DNA from: Bugula neritina
Taxonomy: Eukaryota > Animalia > Bryozoa
Assembly (NCBI GenBank): GCA_964035545.1
Contig: OZ037767.1
Coordinates: 26,924,628 to 26,988,627 of the forward strand
Length of the DNA stretch: 64,000 nucleotides
Direction of reading: 5' to 3'
The notes under the pieces: model-generated
The model's input: the letters and a program-made list of their open reading frames with translations, nothing else
Told to the model about the DNA's origin: nothing
Database searches by the model: none
Shown: positions 28,401 through 39,110 of the stretch, piece after piece
Numbering within the stretch: position 1 is the first letter of the stretch
How the letters are laid out: the number at the start of each line of letters is the position of its first letter
Made by a program: the position numbers and the translations under genes

Positions 28401-31400
28401 GTGCTCACCACAGGCTCATATGACTGACTGCATAAATGCTAGGAACTAATTATTATATATTCTACTTCAGTTCAGACATAGCGAGTCGTGTGTATAGAGC
28501 TGCACAGCACTTGGGACTGTTTGATGACAGTTGGGTGTGGCTAGTAAGCGAGGAAGCCCTGGTTGCCGGGCAAACACCTCAAGGTAACCTGAACAACAAA
28601 AACAATAGTCATGTTTGCTTCATGGCAACCTGTAATATGCACCAAAGAATATTATTACACTGATTGCCATAAAAAACGTCCGTAAAGGTAATTTATTGAA
28701 TATTTTTCTTATCACCAAAAAAGCATAATTTGCAAAAGTCAACAATATGTTTCCTACCATCAAATTTTAAAAAACCAGTATTTTTTAAGAAAGTGAAGTT
28801 TCTTTAAAATAATTTTGTTATTTCATAGACAATTAGCGTTGAAAAAACAAAAGTAACTTTCTGATACAAAGTGAAAACTGTTTTATAAAAATGGGTTAAG
28901 TTGCTGTTTTAGCCAAAATTATTATAGCTACTCTTGGTGTTCACATTATACATTGCATTTTTTATATTTCTATTGTATATATATGTTGCTTTTTTAGGAA
29001 CTCTAAGCTGGAAAATTTCTAAGCTCGCAAGTGACACACAGTCGAATCTCAAAGATGCCATTGCTGTAGTTGACAAGGGTCTGCACAACTATTTATCTTC
29101 CGGCAATTCTTTAGATTTTAAGAATTTGCCGTCTTTCTGCAGCGCCACTATTCCGGAACATCCCGACATCTTCTGGTCATCTGGTGTGTCACAATGGCTT
29201 CCCGGTGAAGACCTTTATGGGTATGATATATTTTATATATTATATTATATTATATTATATTATATTATGTTTTATATAATATATATTATATTTTATATAC
29301 TACATCAGATTATGTTTGATATGTTATATTTTTTGTAATATAATATCCTGTATTATACTATATATCTCATTTTATTAATTATATGTTATATCAATTTATA
29401 TTATATAGCATTATATTTTATATTATATTATATTTTATTATGATATATTTTATATATGATATTATATTTTATTGTGTGATATATTATATAGTACATATTT
29501 GATATATTATATTATGTATATTTTATATTATATACATTTTATATTTAAACTCATTATAATAGCATACTCATTAATACATTATATCTAGATAACATAATGT
29601 TGTGCATTTCTGACTAATGAATACTTGTAGATTATATAAAGACACGGAAATAACTGGTGACACGGGTTATGTCAGCTTCAATAAAGAAGGCAGCAGGCTA
29701 TGTGTTAACTATGACCTAGTAAACATTGCCACAAACGCTTCAGAGGTGGTGGTTGGCAGCTATACCTGCTCTTACAATGCGAGTGCAAGTGACGTAGAGC
29801 GGAATTTATCCATAGCTGATAGTGAGATAGTTTGGCCTGGAAAGTCAACAATTAAACCTGCCGGAGTAAAATTCTCCAAACACCTCCGAGTGGTTACGAT
29901 ACAAGAGACTCCTTTTGTCTATGCGGAGAAGCTGAAGCCAGGCGACGAATGCAACTCTACTCAGTTGAATGATATGACGAATAATGCCAGTATGAAGTGT
30001 CCTAAATATGTAGACAATGGTGAGCTTTTGCATCTCTGCAAATATGCATTTTAGCCTTTTAGTTTCCCTTATTTAGCTACTAAATACGATGTCCCATAAA
30101 GAGTAGTTTCACACTACAGTAACCTTAACTCTACTTTGACAATATAATATTACATTTTTATTGAATATATTATATTGTATGTATTATTTTAGATTTATTA
30201 TACATATTATTATATATTATTATATGTATTATTTGACATATTACATATTCATTATGCATATTATTATACATATTATATGTTTATTATTATAGATATTATT
30301 ATATATCTTATTATATATTTACAAATAAAATACATCAATATCGTTTTATTGAACACAAGATACTAAAAGTGTTGAATAGACTATTAAATTCTTTTTTCTT
30401 ACAATCCTTCATGCATAATTCAATGCAATATAGTTCTAGTGTTTATCTCTCTATTTGATTTCTCATATGTATCTTAAACCTCATTCTACAAGAGTTTGTC
30501 TATATCATGTTTTCTCATTCAACAGGTACAGTGTTAGAATTCTGTTGCCATGGTTACTTGATTGACATGTTAGATATGCTTAGAATAAACATGTCAGTGA
30601 CTTTCTCACTTCATCTGGTGGCTGACGGCAGTTATGGTGCACTACTGCAGGTATATTCTTACTTTAGTTACATAAGGCTATACTGTCGCATACTGTACAA
30701 CTTTGTGATCTTACATAGAGTTATTTTTATTACAATATGTAGATGAGTTACATAAATGTTATAGATATATAAGCATATAATATAGATAATATAGATATAT
30801 AATATAGATATATAAGTGTATAATGTGCTCACAGCATTGTAAAATATTATACGCATGTTCTCTAGCCTAGTATGCTTGTCATACGTTACTAAACTGTTTG
30901 ACTATATGTCGAGTGCAGTGTGTGTTTATTTAACTATCACGCATTACACTGCATATTGCATGCCATTTATTACATTGTAACACCTTTTTAATCAATACTG
31001 AGTATACGATGCTTGGTACAATAATTCACCCGTATGTGTACACGCGCGCATGTGTTTACAGCTCTATACATGTATATACACAGTATAATACAGTTCTATG
31101 AATATATATACACAGTATAATACAGATCTATACATGTATATACACAGTATAATACAATTCTACAGATGTATATACACAGTATAATACAGTTCTATACATA
31201 AACGCAGGTATCCAACTCATCCTCCAAGTCCGAATGGAATGGTATGATGGGGGAACTGCTCTCTGGAAAGGCTGACATGATTGTTGCACCACTGACTATC
31301 GACCCGGAGAGGGCAGAATATGTTGACTTCACAAAACCTTTCAAATTTCTTGGCACAACTATCCTCATAAAAGAAGTACAAGTTTACTATTTTAAATCAT

Positions 31401-34400
31401 TTCGGCTTAGTTTGTGTATGAAGATATCACTGAAGCTTGCGTGGAACTGATTCTGTTTTGTAAATTATTCCAGAACACTAAAGTCTCCAGCTTGGGCTCC
31501 TTCCTTCAACCTTTCCAGAGTACGCTGTGGTTCTTAGTGGTTGTCTCTGTTCATGTCATAGCCTTAGTTCTCTACTTACTTGACAGGTAAGTTTTTTCAG
31601 ATAAGAGTGAGAGCCCATAAAGTGTTTCCTGCTCACTTTTGATTATATATTTGCCACCCAGGCTTGTAGTTCTTCAAATGCAGAGTTATCCAGACTATAT
31701 GTTGATACTGTAGGATTGTTTTTAGGTCATAATTCAAGGATTGCAAGTTTTTGTTTATACTGTCTGTAATATTTCAGTCTAAATTAACCAAAATGATGTG
31801 TGTGAGACTTCATGTGGTAGTTATGTATTGATATCTATCCATAATATATACTTATCATATGTAATTTTCTAATTAACAAATTGTAATTTTGAATTTAATT
31901 TGCCATATTTTTGTTAGAAGTTTTTCAATAACGTGAATTTAGTTTAGATAATGTTATTCCTAATTTCAAAATGCTTTCTTGTTTAAACTTTTTTTATATT
32001 TTATAAGCCTGGATCAAGCAATAGGGAGCATTGATCTGGTAGTTTGGGTTAACTTCTAAGATTTAATGAAACTTTTGTAGCCTCAGATCTATAGTATTTT
32101 GTGATAACATTTTATACTTTTTGGTTTGCTTTACTAAGTAGTACTTGCATATAAGATGCGAAAACTTTAGTTCTTATAAATTACTTTTCAGTAGGTAGTT
32201 AGTGTAGCCGAGAGCAGTTATATTAGGATTCCATTGTAGGTTTAGTCCTTTCGGACAGTTGCAATTAGCCCGAGTTACAGACTCTGAAGACTCTCTCAGT
32301 CTATCTACAGCTGTCTGGTTTGCATGGGGAGTTTTGCTCAACAGTGGAATTGGTGAAGGCATGTATTCTATACTTTATTGTGGAGAAGCACACCAAGTTG
32401 TCAATGAGAAAATCTACTTTAATCCATCTGCTGCACCATAACATAGTTTGTCATCTTTTTAAGGAACTCCAAAGAGTTTTAGCGCTCGAGTCCTCGGGAT
32501 GGTATGGGCTGGCTTTGCAATGATCATAGTGGCGTCATATACTGCTAATTTAGCTGCTTTCCTTGTGCTCGATAAACCTGAGGCTACGATATCTGGCATT
32601 GATGACCCAAGGGTTAGTCTGGCTTATGAATAGAACACTGTAGAAACTCTAGAATTCTTCATTTGTGGTTTGAACTTTTATAACCTGGAAAGATTTACTC
32701 GCATTATGTTGTTATAGTTTTATGTACTTTAGCTGAGAAATCCAACAGAGAATTTCAAGTTTGCGACAGTGAAACACAGTGCCATTGAGCTCTATTTTAA
32801 ACGACAGGTAGAATTCACCACTATGTATAGGACAATGCAGAATGATAACAAAGACACTGTAGAAGAAGCTATAGCTGCTGTTGAGAATGGGTAAACACAA
32901 TGTATACAACAGATGTTCATGTGTATAATACTGTCTGAATATAAGAATATCTAAAGATTGATTGTACCCACAATAACTAGTGTGGGTAAATCACTACAGT
33001 AAAGAATCCAAAGTTTATCATACAGCATAAAGTAAAATTTTACTAACTTGAATATTGTAACTGACTATTGGTTTAAATGCTCAATTCACAATTTTCAGGT
33101 CAAAATTAGATTCAGGTTAGTAGTTGAGAAAGCAACTCCTACTTGAAATATGAATACTTCTTCCTGTTACATATGTCTTGAAACAATATTCTCACACTGT
33201 TAACCTGTTGTCTAGCTGTTGTGTTGATTATTATTGTTTAATAGAGACCTGCATGCGTTCATCTGGGACTCCCCACGTCTGCGATATGAAGCTACAAAGA
33301 GTTGTGACCTCGTAACTGCCGGAGATTTGTTTGGTAGGTCAAGCTATGGCATTGCCTTCAAGAAGAACAGTCACTGGACTGAGAGGTTTTCACATAAGAT
33401 ATTGTCTTACCATGAAGGTATGCTGTTACTTCATAACACTTACTCTACTCGTGTTAGTAAATCTGTGTAACAATTGTCTGTACAGTTTTCTCATCCACTA
33501 GCAGTGGATATAAATTATTGTTGTTTGGAGTTGTCTATACCCACAACAGATTGTATTATGTAGTTTCCCTTTGTAAGTTTTTAAAAATACTGCTCATGTG
33601 ATAAACTAATTTTATTTTTAATTTGTATAAATAATGGAATAGAAATTGTTGTTAAAAATCATGAAGACTGGTTTATTTTGGAGTTGTCTTTCATATATTA
33701 AGTCCATTGCTAATATGAAAACATCTTTGCCCGGTTTGGTGTAAAACAGGGATATTTAGCATTTAGAATCTCTTTCAGATTCTGTATATTCTGAAAGACA
33801 GCTTGGCAAGTATTAAGTGAGATATATATGAAATGCAGCACACTGTATGCCATAGCTTATACATTGTATATTAGCTAACATTTTTCATATATACTTTAAA
33901 ATCAACTGACACAATTTCCAAATTTGTTTGTATGATCTAGACTGTAAAGATAAAGTTCCAATGACTATAACACAAATATTTACCAGGTTTTATCATTACA
34001 ATAAACAATAATTCGTTTGCGTTCCTAATTTCCGTGGTCATGCTTTTTCATTGTGTAAGCAGACAACTCTTAAAAATTGTTTTGCTTTGTAGTTATATGG
34101 TTATAGTCGTTGTAGCTTAACTATGATGAGCACTACTTTGTTTTACTATCCATCTCACACATACTGACCATGATAACACATTAATACATACTCAATTCTG
34201 CCTGCTAGTACAAAGTAGATAGTAATTGAATGAGTGCAGTGAAGTCACTGCGATTAGTATATAGTCAAGACTATACAGAATACAGCTGAATGCAAAAGTA
34301 AACTGCATTTAGATTATATTCAACATTTTTGAAGTTAGTTTAACTTTTTTCTACTTCACCTGACCTATTTTGGACAAAATTAGTGTTGGCTAAAGCATAT

Positions 34401-37400
34401 TGTAGATAAATTCCCTTTCCTCCACTATTCTCACTTTTAACTTTTGGACTGGGGTGTGGATTTGAAGTGTGCTTGTCTTAATTAAAAAATACAATTTTTT
34501 AGTTTATAAATTTTATAAATTACGCACACTTTTGGTATTAGCAAGTCTTTATCTAGTCACCTTTTGCTATAAGCTGCCAAAGGCAAGGAAATGTGATGTT
34601 ATGAGTTTAATTTTATTTTACAACACTTTTTAGTCGGTAAAATGGAAAGGTATGACACAAAGTGGATACTAAACTCATCTGCAGCTGCTAACTGTGATGA
34701 TGGAAGTACATCTCCAGCTACCTTAGGTCTAAAGAACATGGCCGGTACCTTGACGTTATTTCAACAACTATATTGAAAACTTGGAATCTAATATCTAATT
34801 AATATATTGGTTGGATTGCATAGTAAATGTAGCTGTTCTAAATCACAGTAGAATAATAATTAGTGATAGTCCTACTTAACTGGAGATCATTCTTGAAAAA
34901 TACAGTTTAATTTTATGATCTTTCAGCTTTATAATTTACATTTGAACACTTGCTGAATGACTGTCATGTAATGAGAGTATTTCTTGTAGTGTCTCCATAT
35001 TGTAGGAGTGTTTATCATGGTGGCTGTGGGCATTGGTGTTGGATTCATTATGCTAATGACTGAAATACTGTACAGTAAATATCAGGGCGAGAAAGAAAAA
35101 CAAAATGATATTGCAAAGAAAGCAGTGGCCAGATGGAAAAGATACGTTCAGGTAGATGCTCGTAATCTATTTTTGGGTGAAGTTATGTTAATAAAATTGT
35201 GTTTATATGGTATGTTTATATGTAAAGAAAAGATGAAAAATATGATACAAGGAATAGTATTGTGAAATAAATCTTTTACATCAGCTTGTAATTATGCGTG
35301 ATAGTTATGAAGTCAAAGGGAATAAAAAATGAAACTAAGGGAATTATTGCTTACTTTCACATGTTACAAGTGTTAAATTGATAGCAGCAGTTCAACTTAA
35401 ACTATTAAATCCTAATAGAAAGCATAAATTGAGAATCATTTTTGTATAATCTATTAAAAGTTGTCTTCTTTTCTTTAGTTGTATTAATCATTTTTAATTT
35501 GCTTATAGAGGAGAAGAGCTTTGCGGAAAACCTGGGCACTGATAAAAGACATAAACGATAGTGAAGTCATCACTGAGAACGAGGTATGCGGTACTCATAT
35601 CACATTGATGCATAATTTATTTATACCATCATATACCCATGTCATTTTTTTAATTAGTTTTATATAATCTGCTTAAGCATTGCTTAAAAGCAATTAGATT
35701 ATAAAATCCTGAACTCTTCAAATGCCAAAATCATTTACAAATTTTATACTTTGTATTATTTCAAAATTGTTTTAAAATATAGAAAATAAAAAAAGGTTGA
35801 ATTTGGATTAGGAATTTTGCTTGTAGTAAAATGGTCTAATTTTTTACATAGAACCTTTGTTGCTGAATATTTTTGACACTGTGAGGATTTTAATGACAGT
35901 AAAAAGCTATGTATCATATCCTTATGTTTAACTTTTTTATTATTTTTTTTCAAGATTTGTATAATTGCTGTACATACTCACTGCTTGCTTTCCATCTAAT
36001 ACTGCTGCATGCATACACTCTAACCTGCTCTAATCTCTGCTTATGCTAACAAATACAATGCATACTGTTGTCATTCTGCACATTAAATACTACATTTAGG
36101 AATACAGCACACAGCATATGGTATGTAGTATATGGGCCTTTGAATTCTAATGTTAACTCACCCAAAGTGTTACTAATAATACACATAACCTGAACTAGAT
36201 GCATGGGCAGGTCTGTTTCCCCCACAAAGGTTACAAACTAAAAGTTCTGCATTTGTAAATTTTATCCAACTAGTTCTGTGCTGGAACTATACTATGTGCC
36301 AATGGAATTATAAATTATTTCAGAATTTTTTTCTTTAACAACCATTCTCCTAAGTGCATGTATGGTGTTGCAACCCAAATACACGGTAAAAGTTTTAGCT
36401 CAACCAAATAATTGCAATGTTGTTGAACAACATTGGTTGTCTATTAAATTTTAGAGTCACCCATTTTACTCCCTCCCCTCCCTTTGTACAGCCTGTGTGA
36501 TGCTTGGTGATATTGTGAAGATAATTCTAAAACTCCTAGACATATATTATAATATGAAATATACTCAGTTAAGAGATGTGTGTGTCAAATTAAACAAATG
36601 TTGTGTTTACATCAAATTCTGGTTTAGATTTGAGTGCAAATTTGAAAAAAAAGATTTTCGTACCCTCTGCATTAACGGAAATTTTATAAAATATTAAATA
36701 TAATTTTTGATACACTGCGTTAAACATACTATACTACACTTTACTGTACTATATATACTCTAATATACTGCACCATATTTCATTGCACTGCACTATATTG
36801 TATTAGGTACTGTATTGTACGACACTGTACTGTACTATATAATACATATACTTTAATTTACTTATGGTATGCTATAATGCTACACTGCACTATCTTATAC
36901 TTCATTGTACTGTACCATATTGTACTATACCATACTGTATGGTATTTCAATTTCAATCACTGTGCTGCACTATGCTATACGTTGTTTACTTATAATATGT
37001 TACACCGCATGCACTATATTATACTTCACTGTACTGTATTGCACCATACATCACTATTCTATACTATACTACATGGTATCTGGATCACATGTTACAGAGA
37101 CAGCGAATAAGAGCATATCTAGAAGGATCGTCTTGCAAGACAAAGTCTATGTCACCATCACAGAGCAGACTCAGCCCGGCAGCTCTCACCCCTTCCAAGC
37201 TGGCATCTATGACTCAGAAAACAAGTAAAAATGGAGATTTGTCTCCCGCCAGTCATGAGTAAGCAATTCCTTGTTAATGTGTTAATCTTGTCTAACTACA
37301 TTATATCAATGTACATACTTTTTACATATAATATATAAATAGCTGATCTTGGTAGAAGAATCATGTTTTTGAAAGGTATGACAACTCCTAAATGCTCTAT

Positions 37401-38201
37401 CTAATTTTATTATCTCTTAGTCCACAATTGCATATAATAATTGACATTCTTCAAATTTAAATATGGGTGACATTGTTGTATTGTTGAGACATAAATACTA
37501 ATAGCAACAGTCCCTGTAGTTTCCTCAACTCTTCAATGCATCATCTCAATATTTTCGTCAATGTAGCACACATAACAAGTATTTTACTTTTAAATGTAGT
37601 TCAATATTTTTATATCCAGTCTTACAATGTATTCAAGCCAAGCTGTTGAACATTCTCTCATGCCATAAAACTATTCCAATTACAGTTTAGATACGAACAA
37701 TAGTTATTTGATACTATGAGTTCTTTTCTTTGAGAATATTTGGGGCTAATTATTCATATTTAATGAATACTTACAGTATGAATAACCTATGTGTGCTAAC
37801 AGATATCCTAAACTACATTTTTATGACTTTGTTGGTCATGCAGCAATCAGTACCAATTAGAAAATATGTTTAAATTATTTTAAATTCCAATACCCACTAT
37901 GCTGCAATTTGTTGGTGACATGCAGGTAAAATGGATAGGGCTCTACTAAATCCATAGAAAAACCTTTCATGAGTCAATATTATCGAAAGAACTGATGATC
38001 ATTACATATATTTTGCTTGAACTGTACCACACATGACAAATGATTTCTTTTTGTACAAACTATGTATTTTACAGAGATCTAAGGGAATTTCCAAGACACG
38101 AAGTCGTGGATATGCCAGCAAGAACTACAAGTGTCTTACCACCGAACTTTTATAATGATGAAACAGTAAAACATAATCCAATATACAGTGAGACTGATTA
38201 G
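16461..38201 (+). CDS. GRIN1: NMDA-type ionotropic glutamate receptor subunit 1 (GluN1/NR1-like), ~1006 aa, 19 coding exons
   Basis: Exons 16461-16703, 18363-18491, 27320-27517, 27667-27767, 28471-28583, 28998-29220, 29631-30019, 30526-30650, 31208-31375, 31474-31586, 32240-32358, 32464-32612, 32733-32890, 33245-33417, 34634-34744, 35006-35151, 35509-35583, 37098-37258, 38075-38201 join in frame (3021 nt). GluN1 signatures: [63 protein letters not shown] (N-site Asn), [61 protein letters not shown]. The last two tail exons are less certain. Confidence 0.95.
17290..17504 (-). mobile_element. tRNA-derived SINE, full length with target-site duplication
   Basis: The minus strand begins GGGAGCAGCCGTGGTCTAGGGC (A-box-like) and has a B box GGTTCGAACCC, then the core CATTGGTGATGTTAGAAAGCGAATCCAGTCATAATTG. 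Flanked by the 17-bp direct repeat TGCACCCA(C/T)TCCAGAAT at 17273-17289 and 17505-17521. Confidence 0.85.
20499..26265 (-). CDS. Divergent class B (adhesion/secretin-type) 7TM receptor, ~310 aa, nested antisense in GluN1 coding intron 2
   Basis: Exons 26265-26221, 25804-25701, 24603-24468, 23673-23532, 23060-22982, 22693-22624, 21994-21909, 21424-21298, 21105-21064, 20600-20499. All are GT-AG and phase-compatible, giving a 933-nt ORF with no internal stop. It has seven hydrophobic segments, a TM3 Cys (EC), a TM3 Trp, TM4 YYTTAWGLP, ECL2 CW, a TM5 Pro and TM7 SLQ. The first and last exons are less certain. Confidence 0.85.
24371..24458. repeat. 26-bp tandem repeat (GTAATATTGTACATCTAGTTTGTGTA x~3.4)
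   Basis: Directly visible, immediately adjacent to the donor of a nested-GPCR exon. Confidence 0.85.
25383..25470. repeat. 20-bp tandem repeat (TACGATATATTTTCTAGTCA x~4)
   Basis: Directly visible. Confidence 0.85.
31065..31199. repeat. 32-bp tandem repeat (TATACACAGTATAATACAGTTCTATACATGTA x~4) abutting a GluN1 acceptor
   Basis: Directly visible and ends just before the CAG at 31205-31207. Confidence 0.85.
36100..36120 (+). other. Candidate 21-nt frame-preserving microexon (EYSTQHM) in the GluN1 cytoplasmic tail
   Basis: TTTAG|GAATACAGCACACAGCATATG|GTATGT in a phase-0 intron. Upstream cluster of CTAAC/CTAAT and TGC motifs, with flanking TGCATG elements. Confidence 0.55.
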
Positions 38202-39110
38202 CCTCGCTGCATGACGATGTTATCAATATTGGTAGCTATACATTACCCTTACATTTGAATAGGCTATAGCTAAAAGATAAGACACGTTTCTGGATTACAT
38301 TCTACATTGCATGGTCTAGCATGATTGAATTTTTTTTTTACACTCATCATCTTATTTTTAAGAAAATATTCGTTTTAATAGAGTTTATTCATTTTATTGC
38401 AAAGTTTATTATAGTAGCTCTATACAATTTTGTACAAAAATGCACAATGTACTGTTAAGAATGGCTTTGCTAAATACAAAGAGACAAAAAAATACAGCAA
38501 TATGAAGAATTCATTGAGCCATGGTACAGCCTAGTGTAGCGTTGGATTCCAGCCTAGTTGCCGTATATGCACAAGTGCTACAGATTGCTTCACACTTGGA
38601 ATAACTACTCAACAAAGAGGACATCTCAGTTGAATGGTTATGTATAACAACACTTGAAATAATAAAAACAACGAGAAATGTAAATTGTGCACTAAAAATA
38701 ATATTTTTAAGTTCTCCAACTACTATCTAACACCATTACTGAAAACAAAAAAGTAGTAGCCAATAGACCACTATATCTTGATAGCAACAGAAACAACTCA
38801 ATTTTAAGAGGAAAAGTGCGAGACCAAGGAATCTGCTGACCCTGAGCCAATTCACTGATATTTCAGAGATTTGAGCACTCAGAGTCGGCAGCATCTAGAA
38901 CCAGTAGCACCTGGCAGCGCCTGGTAGTATTGGCATTTCCTGTTGGCTAGAGCAACAGCCACACAGACTGAAACCATGGCAATGAATCTCATCAATATAT
39001 ACTCTTAAATATAAACAAAGTGGAACCAGTGAACCAGCATCCTGTCTGCGCTAGCATCAGTTCCAAGACAGTATCACCAGCGTGCTAATCACGGTTACTG
39101 TGCCACTGCG

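Noticed and set aside
36905-37228. 107-aa ORF ending ...AGIYDSENK as the GluN1 C-terminus
   Set aside because: The upstream exon ends in phase 0, which selects the other frame ([10 protein letters not shown]...) and continues to a good donor at 37259. The 5' part of the ORF is low-complexity intron.
38199-38260. Stop-codon readthrough of GluN1 (TAG-C) giving a hydrophobic terminus ...HYPYI*
   Set aside because: Only a weak context cue; cannot be supported without conservation or ribosome profiling.
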